A stretch of DNA of 64,000 nucleotides from Azolla caroliniana (lineage: Eukaryota; Plantae; Polypodiophyta). Positions 1-14,986 of this stretch are shown in pieces. The stretch covers positions 24,986,001-25,050,000 of the forward strand of contig JBHGNT010000004.1 of the NCBI GenBank assembly GCA_043228905.1, written 5' to 3'. The translations under genes and the position numbers were made by a program. The stretch's first letter is position 1. Each line of letters starts with the position of its first letter. The notes under the pieces were generated by a model that saw only the letters and a list, made by a program, of their open reading frames with translations, was not told the DNA's origin and searched no databases.

Positions 1-1
1 G

Positions 2-2503
2 CATGGATTATATAGATTAGATGTAAACATTCATCATCATTCAGCAAATATTGTTGCTGAAGATTTTGGGAAGAAAGCCTTACAATGGCATAAAAGATTC
101 GGGCATGTCAATTTTGACAAACTTAGGAAAGTAAGGGACATTAATATCTCAAACAAAGAAATTCTCCAAGTAAGTCAACAATACTTATGTGAGAGTTGTC
201 AGCTAGGCAAGTTTACTCGACAACCATTTAATACAAAAAGGGGAATTTTAGCTAGTAGGCCTCTTGAATTAGTCCATATGGATCTTTGTGGCCCAATGCA
301 TGTGCCATCAATAGGAGGAGCAAGATACTTATATGTTGTCACAGATGATTATACACGAAAAACTTTTGCATATCCTCTTTCATGCAAAGATGACACTTTT
401 GAGTATTTTCAAAAATTTAAGGCACTCACAGAGTCTGAACTTGGGCTCTCAATAACCAAAGTAAGATCAGACAGAGGTGGAGAGTTCAAGTCACATATTT
501 TTGGCTCTTTTTGTTCTAATCATGGTATTACACAAGAATTTACCCCTAGCTACACTCCTCAACTAAATGGTGTGGCTGAAAGAAAAAATAGGACTATCAT
601 GGATATGGTAAGATGTATGTTGATAGATAGCAAATTATCATTAGAATTTTGGGGAGAAGCATCCAAATGTGCAGCATATATACTCAATCGACTCCCAACA
701 AAGCTTATACGTGGAGGATGCCCGGAGGAAATTTGGCAACAAAAAAGGGTTAGTATAACTCATCTTCGTCCTTTTGGTTGCAAGGCATACTTCCATGTAC
801 CTCGTCCACTTCGTCATAAGTTGGATCCAACTGCCAAGCAAGGAATTATGATCGGATATGAGGATCCAGGCTATGGGTATAGAGTTTGGAATGAAGAGCA
901 AAAACGAGTGTTTGTCACTCGCAACGTGTTGTTCGATGAAGATCATTTCCCTTGCAAAATGCAAGAAGAAGATAATGCAAAGTGGGAAGAGGCAATACAT
1001 TTGGAGCTTGAAGCGCATCAAAAAAACGGTACATGGGAACTTATAAAAGGAAGTGAAAGGCAACAAACCATAGGTTCCAAATGGGTGTTCAAAATCAAGA
1101 GAGGATCAAATGGGACTCCTATCAAATACAAGGCTAGATTAGTAGCTCAAGGCTTCAAACAAATCGCTGGCATTGATTTCACTGAAACTTATGCGCCAAC
1201 TGCCCTCATCACTTCCATTCGGGTCGAATTAATAAAGGCATGTGCACAAGGTTGGGAAATCCATCAAATGGATGTAAAAACAGCTTTTCTTAACGGAGAA
1301 TTAAATGAAGAAATATATATGACATTACCAAAGATGAACAAGGAGGAACCAACGCAAACATGTCGACTTAAGAAGTCACTTTACGGCTTAAGGCAAGCTG
1401 GAAGATGTTGGTATATCCGCCTCCATAATTTCTTTCTACAAAATAATTTTACTTGTTGCAAATCGGATCAAAGCATCTATGTTCTTTGTAACAATAAAAA
1501 ACATATTATTGTTGCGGTATATGTTGATGATATAATCATCATGGCCAATACATTTTCAGCCACCCAATATTTAAAAGACATCTTAAACGCAGAATTTGAC
1601 ATGGAAGATATGGGTGTCATCTCCTTTTGCTTAGGGATTGACATTTTATACAAACAAGGTAAAAGAGCTATTCACTTCTCCCAACAAGGATACATTTCAC
1701 AAATATTGGAAAGGTTTCATATGGCAAGTTGTTATCCAACAAGCACACCTATGGAAGGACTGTCACACCTTTCAAATCTTCATAACAAAGGTGATACGGT
1801 AAATTTTCCATACAGGTCATTAATTGGTTCTCTTATGTATGCTAGTATTTGTACAAGACCAGATATTTCATTTGCAACTAATAAACTAAGTCAATTCTTA
1901 GAGAACCCTAGCATTACTCATTGGAAAGCTGCAAAACGAATCTTAAAATATTTAAAAGGGACAAGTGACTTGGGACTTACATTTCAAGCTAGTTCCTCAG
2001 ATATGAGATTGCATGTGGATGCTGATTGGGCAAGTGACCCCACCGATCGAAAGTCTATTTCTGGCTATTGTGTTTTTATTGGCAACGTGGTAGCTCTATG
2101 GGGAAGCAAAAAACAAAATAGTGTGGCATTATCAACAACAGAGGCAGAATATATGGCATTGGCATATGGAATCAAAGAAGTTCTATGGGCATCCAACCTA
2201 ATCAATGAATCCGGTCTACATGTAAATAAACCCATTCCAACACTCAATGATAATCAAGCTGCAGTATTTATGGCCACAAATTCAGGAAGTACAAAGCGTG
2301 CTAAACATGTGGATATCAAGTATCATTTTGTGAAGGATATCATTGAGCAAAGGGACATCATACTAGAACATTGTTCAAGCATAGACATGGCTGCAGACAT
2401 TCTTACAAAGCCATTGGATACACACAAATTCAAGAAATGTAGAGACATGTTGGGCATGAGCTCTCGCAACATACTTGAGCATCCTCCACGTGGGGGGGAT
2501 TGA
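2..2503 (+). CDS. Ty1/copia pol polyprotein, 5'-truncated by the window (GAG-pre-integrase, integrase, RT, RNase H)
   Basis: The frame is open from base 2 (HGLYRL..WHKRFGH..CESCQLGK..LELVHMDLCGP) through the 741-aa ORF. Integrase motifs: RSDRGGEF, PQLNGVAERKNRT. RT motifs: KARLVAQGF, QMDVKTAFLNG, LYGLRQA, YVDD. RNase H motifs: DADWA, SKKQ, EAEY, HVDIKYHF, ADILTK. The IN-RT-RH order is copia-type. Confidence 0.97.
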   Translation, partial: HGLYRLDVNIHHHSANIVAEDFGKKALQWHKRFGHVNFDKLRKVRDINISNKEILQVSQQYLCESCQLGKFTRQPFNTKRGILASRPLELVHMDLCGPMHVPSIGGARYLYVVTDDYTRKTFAYPLSCKDDTFEYFQKFKALTESELGLSITKVRSDRGGEFKSHIFGSFCSNHGITQEFTPSYTPQLNGVAERKNRTIMDMVRCMLIDSKLSLEFWGEASKCAAYILNRLPTKLIRGGCPEEIWQQKRVSITHLRPFGCKAYFHVPRPLRHKLDPTAKQGIMIGYEDPGYGYRVWNEEQKRVFVTRNVLFDEDHFPCKMQEEDNAKWEEAIHLELEAHQKNGTWELIKGSERQQTIGSKWVFKIKRGSNGTPIKYKARLVAQGFKQIAGIDFTETYAPTALITSIRVELIKACAQGWEIHQMDVKTAFLNGELNEEIYMTLPKMNKEEPTQTCRLKKSLYGLRQAGRCWYIRLHNFFLQNNFTCCKSDQSIYVLCNNKKHIIVAVYVDDIIIMANTFSATQYLKDILNAEFDMEDMGVISFCLGIDILYKQGKRAIHFSQQGYISQILERFHMASCYPTSTPMEGLSHLSNLHNKGDTVNFPYRSLIGSLMYASICTRPDISFATNKLSQFLENPSITHWKAAKRILKYLKGTSDLGLTFQASSSDMRLHVDADWASDPTDRKSISGYCVFIGNVVALWGSKKQNSVALSTTEAEYMALAYGIKEVLWASNLINESGLHVNKPIPTLNDNQAAVFMATNSGSTKRAKHVDIKYHFVKDIIEQRDIILEHCSSIDMAADILTKPLDTHKFKKCRDMLGMSSRNILEHPPRGGD

Positions 2504-2761
2504 AGCACCTTTTTGCCGTGGATGATGCCAAGATTAAAGGTGTGCCACCGCAGAATCTAAATCTCCTCTCCTCCCTAAATCATAGCCCTCAATTGGCTTT
2601 TCTTTCTCTCTTTCCTTTTTCGTCCAAATTGCATAAAGGTATAAAAGGGCGGTTTATGAAGACGAAAAAGGCAGAGCCTTGTAAATGCTCTCTGTGCATC
2701 CGGTAGTGAATCCCCCTTTTAGGTCATAGGCATATCTTAGTTCTCTCTGGTTGTTATTTCA
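2501..2761 (+). repeat. Putative 3' LTR (~261 bp)
   Basis: Begins TGAA right after the PPT and ends TTCA (inverted termini). TATAAAA at 2640-2646. The 5' LTR is outside the window, so the right end is unconfirmed. Predicted TSD is GATAG (2762-2766). Confidence 0.7.
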
Positions 2762-3094
2762 GATAGCAATATATGCTACCAGTGTGTTGGTTAGAGTTTT
2801 TGATACAATCAATGTATGCTTTATATTGAGTTCCTATATGATATATACAAGCTCTGTAGAAGCTTGAGTGACTTATGTGAGTTAGGATTCAGTTGTAGCT
2901 TGAAAGACATATTGCAAATCAGATTTATCGTTCATGTATGTTCATCCATACTAGTTAATCTATTAAGTTTTTGTCTTTATGTTTTGTTCCTTCCTCCACC
3001 TACTCTTTCACCTTTGCATATTCATTCACAGAAATAGACACATCTATTTGTGTGTATACTTACTTGATTCTGTTATGTATGTGTATATGCATAC

Positions 3095-6000
3095 CTTGAT
3101 TGGAGAAACTGTAAAGATTTCATATTCTAGAACATTTAAAAGGATGGGTAGGGCAGAGCTCTTTGCAAGAGGGAGAAGGTCACCTGAAATTTTTTCACAT
3201 ACCACTTACATTAGCAAAATGTGCTTAAAGATAAAACAAGACATACATGATGGGAGATAATTCTCAACACATCTAGCTACCTCGCTTGTGAGAGTAGAAA
3301 GCACAATCCCCAGTCCAATCCTTAGTTGCCACTCTACCCAAATAGTTTACATCCCCTGCATTGACACTGCCACTGATTGCTGCCGGATCTGCATCATGAA
3401 CCGCGATTTTCTTCTCTACCTTGCACCATCCGGCTCCTTGACAATTGAAAACCCCGATTACTCCTGTATGCTTGTTCAAGTTCCATATCTTCAAAAGGCT
3501 GTCAAAAAAAAAGAAACATAGTAGGTGTTTTTAGCATACGACTTGACTGACTGACCTAGAGAATGAGTCCCCACATTGGTCAATGAATTGTAGAGTATAT
3601 ATAAAGCACACCTTTTGCCATCTCGTGTGGGGTCATCGAATAGACAATCTCTGGTAGGGCGTCCAGGAAGCTCACACCGGAGAATGGAACCATCGGGAAG
3701 AACCAATTTTTTCAAGAGGGAAAAATCATGGTTCCCCGGCTTATCACTGAAGAAATCAAGGTTCAGTTCACATTGAAGATCACCATAGCTATAACTATTT
3801 ACAAGGATAGAGTAGGAGGCCCAAATTTCTTCTCTTTCAAGCTTCATACACATAGCATACACACTGACCTAGACAACTCCTAATTATCTTATGTTTTCAT
3901 ATCTATATACACATTTGATGATTTTAATATATGAGTATCTCAGTCTTTACAACCTAAATACCATACTGATTTTGCACATAGGGGAATAACATGGCATCAG
4001 GGGTTTCACACAAATATAAATCACTATCTTACCTCACATATATCGGGCATCCACCAACAGCTCGTGCTGCAGCATGAAATTCTCCGCAAGGATGAAGGCT
4101 CTGTTTCAATAAAAAATATAAGAATTCATACATAGTATACAGAGTAGCATCATGAATTGAAACATGAGGGAGATAAGTTATTGGAATACATGGAACATGT
4201 CCCAATCAGGCAGCATGAACTCTCCTAGGAATAAGCTGTTGTATGCCACTGATGGAATATGAATGGTATGTGAAGCCGGATCTTGAGGATAGAAATCATC
4301 AGATGCTCTCACAATGCCAGTTTGCTTGATGCTGCCATAGAAAACAAGATTATGTTATATTACATATGTTGGCATGGTGGTTTATGCCTTTTATGCTCCC
4401 AATAATCTAGCATTACACGTGTATTTTGCACAATTCAAGTGTGATAAAAATGATAGTGCATGCTATGTTAGCTCAATGTGAAAGCATGGCTTTTAACCAT
4501 GCTAATTTAACACAATGTCTTTAAATTTTACGCAATTAACAGGTAAACATAGTTGTTCAGTCGTAAAGTTTGTGATTTGCAGCCTTAAGGTGATGAAGTC
4601 TGAGATCATGCACACAAACAGTCTAAACCTGAAACTGTTATTGAATCACTTTCCACAACTGAAAGATTGAATGCAATACCTTAGCCTTACAGAAATTGTA
4701 ATAAAGTAGATTCAATCTCTCATTACCTATACAGTCCATCTGTATTGTGACTCATGCACGCAATGCATCCATTATCAGGGAAATTCCGAGCTATTGATTC
4801 TTCAAGAGCTTGTTGATAATGTTGCGTTAATGATACTCTGCCACCATATCCAGTTCCTAAGGTTTCAACAATATTTTGTACATCAACCTTCACACCATCC
4901 ACTCCGGCCTTCGCTAGATAACTATGAAGCTCATCATAAAACTTGAATACTTTATCAGGATGGGCAAGTCCCAACCCATTGATTGTTAGGTTATCAGAAC
5001 TCATTGTAGGATCATTGTTTACGACTCCTTGAGTAACAATTGGATATTGCATTGAGATCTCATAGTGCTGCATCTCTTCAGCACCTGGCTTGATGCCACC
5101 CCAATACCCCGTAATTGCATGCCAAACGTAGACATACCTAATCATCCAGAAAAAAGCACATGTTTCTCGTTATCTTCTATTCAAGATTTAGAAAACAATT
5201 ACAATGCACAATGTGATGTTTTACTTGACTTGATGCCTCTCCTTGAGCTCTTGAACAACATGTTGAAGACCCAGAGCTAAATCTTCTGGCCTCTCCCCCT
5301 CCTTGACATTTTGTTGAAACTTGAAGTTCTCTTTGATGTCTGTCAATCTTGTAGCCACTCTGTTGAAATGATGATTCACGTTTCAGCCCAAAAATACCAT
5401 ACAGGTGTGCAACCGATGACAAAAAGATGCTTAATTTTGACAGAAAATGTGGTTTCTTTTTACTCTTACAATGTTCCTTCTGATCCATCGTGTTCATCCG
5501 TGGCCACCGATTGCCATCCATCATCGATGATTACAAATCGTGGAGGAGCTCCACCTTCCTTCAAGCTGAGATCATCTTATTTAAACAACAGAAAGTGCAT
5601 ATATATATGTATATGTATATGTATATGTATGTACATATATAGTTGCCAACAAAACTTGAGCATACCTTTCAATGCCTTGCCTCACTCCTTCAGCGGATAC
5701 ATCGGTGTAGAATGCATCCCATGTGCACCATCCAAACCAGTCTATTATTCCAGGCAACTGTGAGCAACAACGACATGCTGTGTTTCAATTTTCATTTTAC
5801 ACATAAGAAGCACATATATATATGTGGATTTTATCCTTCAGCACCTAGAAATGTATGTAGATTCCCACTTACCGCCTTATTCTCTCGCCTTCGGAAAGTC
5901 TTTGTATGCATCTCAATAGCTCTAGAAAGAGAAAATGGAGAGTTGGGGGTTAGGAAATGTAACCTTGATTGTCCAAAAGTAAAGTGAACCCAAACAGAAG

Positions 6001-7278
6001 TATTCACATGTCTTCAACTTACTGCACTGCTTCTTCTATAACCTGAAAAGGGTCCTCTCCAGCATGCAGGAATAAAGAATGAGTTCCTCCATTTCCTTGA
6101 ACAGATTCATCACCTGCCCAAAGGTTCAAAAAAAGCCAGTGATTCAGTGGGTGTGAATGTGTAAAGAGCAACGTTGCTATATATTATTTGATGATCACTG
6201 ATAGAGAGAGAAGATGGATGTGGATGCCTTACCCCCTAAGTAAACCCAATGAACTAAACCTAAAAGCCGAGGGAGAAGACAAAGGCAGTCTACAGAGAGA
6301 GAACGATATTAAATGAAAAAACTATGAACCCTACACAGCCCTAGATCCTAATCCCTAAAACCCGAGGGAGAAAAACAATGCCATTAAAAGCAGGGGGTGA
6401 AAGACAATGGGCACCCAAAATCAGAACTCATTAGCCCTAAAACCATAACCACTAAATCTCAAGCTTTAAAACAGAGGGAGAAAGCTTATATCCGCCCAAC
6501 AAAGAGATGAATAGACACCACAAATCGGAACAGATAGATCCTAGAACCTTGATATCTCCAGCAACCATCACCGTCCAACCCTAAACCTAATGAGAAGACA
6601 ATGCCAGAATGGATAAAACTTACCACTTTCTAGACAGAGTTGTAGCTGATCTTCAGCATTGCCTTGCAGGGATGCACGGAAGGATCCTTCAAGAAGCGGC
6701 AAGAAAACCGTGTAAACCATCCTACGCTTTTCTGCTTCTTCTTGTCTTTCACTTCCTCCCATGGCTGACACTGTTACAAGATTGGGTGAACTATCCTCGC
6801 TCTCTACAAGAAGAAATTGTGTCTCGGAGGGAAGATCTCTTCCACAGCTTCCCATTCTCTGTGTCATCCACCATAGCTTAAAGCGGAAGCAGCACATGAA
6901 ACGTAGGTCCCTATACAAATTAAGGCTTCATTAAGCTAATATTACTAATACAAACAATAATTCAGCTGTCAAGCTGTCAATTAGAGAGAGAGAGAGAGAG
7001 AGAGAGGGACAGACAGAAACTAATCCAACAAAAACACTCATAAATCATATTTTCTTTCACTAGTGCCGATGAACTAATCTTAACCTTAGAATGCCAAGGG
7101 AGAAAATGTGGTGACTTTTTCTCTGTGTAGATGAAGCTCCCATGAAAGCTCCGCGCGATGAGCTAAGCGGATTTAAGCTCACATTCTCTGGAACTTCACT
7201 GAGAAGAGTTTTCCCCCTCAAAAGAAGCTTCCCCTGAGAGAGTTCAAATCCTCCTATTGCCACGGATTTGATCGTCAT
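3095..7278 (-). CDS. GH36 alkaline alpha-galactosidase / seed imbibition protein (SIP/AGA, raffinose synthase family). 13 exons seen; terminal exon not in window.
   Basis: GT-AG exons: 7278-7085, 6910-6624, 6113-6023, 5921-5873, 5757-5666, 5565-5470, 5359-5225, 5137-4727, 4331-4190, 4100-4033, 3746-3612, 3498-3281, 3183-3095. Motifs: [13 protein letters not shown] (SIP type rather than RafS FRFKVWWTTHWVG), [62 protein letters not shown]. Confidence 0.95.
6235..6490. repeat. Degenerate short repeats (CCTAAAA..CGAGGGAGAA, 3-4 copies) in SIP intron 2
   Basis: Copies near 6260, 6354, 6386 and 6467. Confidence 0.5.
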
Positions 7279-7299
7279 AGCGAGAAGCAGAGCGAAGGA

Positions 7300-7520
7300 A
7301 GTGAATGAGTGAAGACGGTTGAAGAATGAACAAAGATGAAGGAGAAGATGGAGATGGAGATAGGAATGAAGAATGAATGAATGAGTGATGGAGATGGAGA
7401 TGGAGATGGAGATAGGAATGAAGAATGAATGAAAGAGTGATGGATATGGAGATGGAAAGGATTGATGAATGAATGAATGATACAGAATGAATTAATGAAT
7501 GAATGATGAAGAAGCAGAGG
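7300..7520 (-). repeat. Low-complexity (GAAT/GATGGA)n tract in the SIP 5' UTR region
   Basis: Tandem GATGGA and GAAT units. Confidence 0.7.
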
Positions 7521-7929
7521 ATATATATGTAAAGATTTGTGTTTTTTTTTTTTCGTTCTCTGCAGTTTTTATTTTTGCTGCATTTTTTGCTTTGATTTGG
7601 CTCCGGAAAACTGGAGAATAGATAGATAGTTATAACTTATGGACATACATACATTTGGAGACATTAGAGGAGGAGGAGGAGGAGGAGGAAGAGTTAAGGG
7701 TTCGTTCACACACGCAAACACTCTCTCCCACCATGTCCTCTTTCGGTTTTTCGGTTTAGGGTCGAGGTCCCGAGATCAGTTACCTGATCGAGATTCCGGA
7801 ATCACATTCCCGATCGAGATTCCAGTGAGAGAGAGAGAGAGAGAGATTGAAGGTGTGGGGATCATCAGGATGCCTAGAATCAAATCGAAACCATCAGGGT
7901 TCGAGATTCTAGCAAGAGACCGTGTGGAG

Positions 7930-8142
7930 CTGGATTCACACTCACGATTTCCTCTCGTTTGTATGATAAGACTCCTTTTTTTTATTGTGTCTCCATCCTC
8001 TCCAAGAGTCATTTAGCTAAAGCTAGAGTTGGCCGAGGATTACCCGCAAAAAAAATACGGGGTGTTGTCATTCACTCCATTTCCACACCCAAGCTCAATC
8101 CGTTTGAGTTCTTCATAGTGTCTACCATTCCACTATATCCCA
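7930..8142 (-). pseudogene. trnL: Degenerate plastid trnL(UAA/CAA) 5' exon plus group I intron remnant (NUPT)
   Basis: The minus strand from 8141 reads GGGATATAGTGGAATGGTAGACACTATGAAGAACTC|AAACGGATTGAGCTTGGGTGTGGAAA. This compares with plastid GGGGATATGGCGGAATTGGTAGACGCTACGGACTT|AATTGGATTGAGCCTTGGTATGGAAA. GGGTAATCCTCGGCCAACT (8045-8027) resembles the intron element GGGCAATCCTGAGCCAAAT. AAATCGTGAGTGTGAATCC (7950-7932) weakly resembles the 3' exon. Confidence 0.72.
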
Positions 8143-8597
8143 TACTTGTGGTCCCTAAAAGATGTAAAAACACAAAATAGATGATTTTTTCCCCTTATTC
8201 GGAGATAGATTCTTCGTATCTGAATGACCTAAGCGAGGAATATACATATCTATTTCTATGAACAAAACACCAGACCAAGTGATCAAATTGGGGTGAATGA
8301 AAAGCTATAAGGTAAGACTGGATAGGATCGAGCACAAATCCAGGGGAGTCACGACCCGAAAAAGGTCTAGGCGACACAATTGACATAGATAGATAGATAG
8401 ATAGATTGTGAACAAATATAACCCGACGGTTAGGCAATGGGGAGAATGGCGAACTAGTGAGTGAATTGGGCGAAATAGTGTGGATGAATAGATGGAAGCA
8501 TACAAAATTGATGGGTTTCTTGGGTACCAAACCAACAACCTAGAATGTATGTGTCCATGAGAGGAGAAAGGGAGGGGAGGGGGATATGGATAATGGA

Positions 8598-8770
8598 GTG
8601 TATAAATATAAATATAATTATAATTTATATATATATATCGTATGTATATGTGTATATCTATATATACATATACATACATATATTGTATATATACATATAT
8701 ACGTATATGTATACATATACAAATGTGTATGTATATATGTGTGTGTATGTACACATATATATATATAGAG
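8598..8770. repeat. Compound (TA/TG/TACA)n microsatellite
   Basis: Visible alternating purine-pyrimidine tract. It explains the Y/I/V/C-rich ORFs here. Confidence 0.9.
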
Positions 8771-9062
8771 GCTGGCCAGGCTAGTCCATTGGTTGATTGA
8801 TCCATCCTGAGGAGAGGGAGCATACCACGTTTTGCTCTGTTAAAGCTGCAGGATTGCTTCAAAAATCAGCCAACATAGACAGCATAAAAAGATTGTGCAC
8901 TAAATTTAGCTTCCTTCTCTTGTTTTCTCCCTATTTCTGTTCTCCTCTGTTCTGCCCTGTTCCACCTGAAAAGAAGAAAAACAAAAAGAAGAAAAGATTG
9001 AAGGGTAAAGAAAGGAAGTAGGGAAGGAAGGAAGGAAGGAAGGAAGGAAGGAAGAAGAAACC

Positions 9063-12955
<3,893 letters not shown>

Positions 12956-13642
12956 TTTATAGTCATGTTTTCATAACCATCTCATTGGATTGTTTCTATG
13001 ATTCTTAAATTGAACTCTATTCACCAATGCACGGGCCATACTCTCTTTCACCCATTGACATCCACGATATTATAAAGTACCAAATTATGAATGTTTCTTG
13101 TTTCGTTTGCTTTTAAGAAACAATGAAAATACAATGGAATCAAAATTGCTGTTCATTGATTGTCTGAAAGAGTATCAAATACAGCGTTTGAGAAATTGGG
13201 GAAAAAATGGGTCATAGGAATAAGGGAGCATATTTTGGAAATTTCAAACTTTTTAGATGTTTTTTTTCCATTGTATGCATATAGTATCCATGCTACAAAG
13301 CAAAAAAAATCTTGAAATTCAATCCTTAAGATGGGATGCTGCAATTACATAGACATGATTGGTGTTGATTAACAAATGGCAATCTTGTGGTAGAGAAGAG
13401 GAAACCACCAAAGAAGAACCATGCAAGGCATTGTGGTCATGCTCTCATAACACATAAAATTCGATGAGTTAAAACTTACAATTTTTTATCATTAGCTAAA
13501 AGAAAATTAAAAATTAAAGTGATTCAATGAAATTTCCCATTCTATTGCAATTAAAATTAGAGCACATTCTTCTTATGCCAAGGTTGTGAGTTTGAGTCTT
13601 GTTGAATTGATCATTCCATGGGGAATAATGAAATATGAACTC

Positions 13643-13762
13643 ATACATCCACAAAGACCACTTGAAAGCTCTACAACGAAATTTAGTCTCAATTTATACA
13701 TCCACAAGACCATTCTACAAGTCAACAAGGAAATATAGTCTCAATTTTTATATCCACAAAGA
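13643..13762. repeat. ~53-bp tandem repeat, about 2.3 copies
   Basis: ATACATCCACAA(A)GACCA...GAAAT(T/A)TAGTCTCAATTT is repeated. Confidence 0.7.
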
Positions 13763-13799
13763 ATGAACACCCTAGTTAAAGCATAGACATGCTTTAACC

Positions 13800-14230
13800 A
13801 TGCATTAGAGGTTCTCTCACTCTAAAATTATGTGCATGTTTAACTCGTTGCATTCCTTCAGAGTCCAACAAAACACCTAGATTATTAAGTCCTGGTTCAA
13901 CAATGATAGGATTATGATCTCTTCGGGGAATGGTCTTTGAATTCCTAGTTGAACTATCCCTTCTATTTGTTTCTCTCCATGGAAGCAACATTACAAGCAT
14001 GAAAGGTTGGAGCAATAATACGCATCGAGGGTATTGAGGACATGGTGGTTATGCGCTCACTTGTTCGAATTTCCATATGATTGCTAATGTACAAGTCAAG
14101 ATTCCCATTTTCATGCATAGCCAGGATTTCGACAATGTCCATAGAGGCCATACATATATGGAACTCGAATGCGCCCTTCTGACCACAAAAGGAGTAATCC
14201 TTTGACAAAGAATGCAAACTTTTTTTGTGT
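13800..14230 (+). mobile_element. Possible degenerate L1 LINE ORF1 fragment
   Basis: Frameshifted pieces LNYPFYLF..KVGAIIRIEGIEDMVVMRSLVRI and a decayed knuckle-like ending (..QKE..KECK). Confidence 0.3.
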
Positions 14231-14305
14231 GGATTCAGGTCACGCGGCCATTACTTATTAGGAAGTGTATAATGTATTCGAAGAGTTCGAAGCATCAACC
14301 ACGAA

Positions 14306-14986
14306 ATGACCTGCTTCAACCACGAAATCATGTCAATCAAGCTAAGGATATGGCATCAATGTCCATTGTACATTAAGCTTGAGAAACAAATGTCCGGTTT
14401 CACACTCGTATCCGGACAAATTGAGGTCTTGGAGAAGGTTTTGGGTTCCACAGCAAACCGAAGGGGTTATGGTTTCTTCAGAATGCTTAGAAACAGAACA
14501 ATCTGGTCACTACCCACCAACCCACAAACCCTAATTCCACATGGATTCTTCTTCAATCACAGGCATACTCACTCCCAAATCCTCTGGGAGGAGCTTCTTG
14601 GCAGAAAATTAGAGGCCGCTGCAGCCAAAAAGCTCGAAGAAGCTTTTCTAGAGTATAGAGTGAGAAAATCTGTTCCTTCTTGGCTTCCTTTTCTGCCTAA
14701 TGGCTCCTTTTGGATACCATCCTCTGAAGAAACCATCAAAAGTCTTCAAGTTCTCGCAGAGAAAATTAGGGTTTCGAAATCGTCTCGGAAATCATCTTCA
14801 GCTAGTTTGAGCTTGGATGGAAGTAAAATTAGTAGTATCTCTAAAGTAGCAGAGTGGAGCCTGATTCAGCAAACAGATAAGCTCTTATCACAATGGGGTG
14901 GTAGTAAAGATGATAATGCTTCTGCCTCCTCTGATACCATTGCTACACGGCCACCCTCCTCCGAAACACAGTTAAAAGGCATGTAA
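14306..14986 (+). CDS. Conserved plant protein of unknown function (LEExxxxxxVRKSxPxWLPFLPxxSFWIP motif). Probably continues through further exons to ~19369/19451.
   Basis: The 226-aa ORF contains KKLEEAFLEYRVRKSVPSWLPFLPNGSFWIP, which resembles the plant LEDAIHRIIVRRSAPDWLPFVPGxSYWVP family. The true start may be the ATG at 14390 or 14483. Confidence 0.8.
   Translation: MTCFNHEIMSIKLRIWHQCPLYIKLEKQMSGFTLVSGQIEVLEKVLGSTANRRGYGFFRMLRNRTIWSLPTNPQTLIPHGFFFNHRHTHSQILWEELLGRKLEAAAAKKLEEAFLEYRVRKSVPSWLPFLPNGSFWIPSSEETIKSLQVLAEKIRVSKSSRKSSSASLSLDGSKISSISKVAEWSLIQQTDKLLSQWGGSKDDNASASSDTIATRPPSSETQLKGM

Larger units (their letters stand above)
1..2761 (+). mobile_element. Ty1/copia LTR retrotransposon (3' part)
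   Basis: The pol ORF is followed by a polypurine tract GGGGGGGA (2492-2499) and a candidate LTR. Confidence 0.93.
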
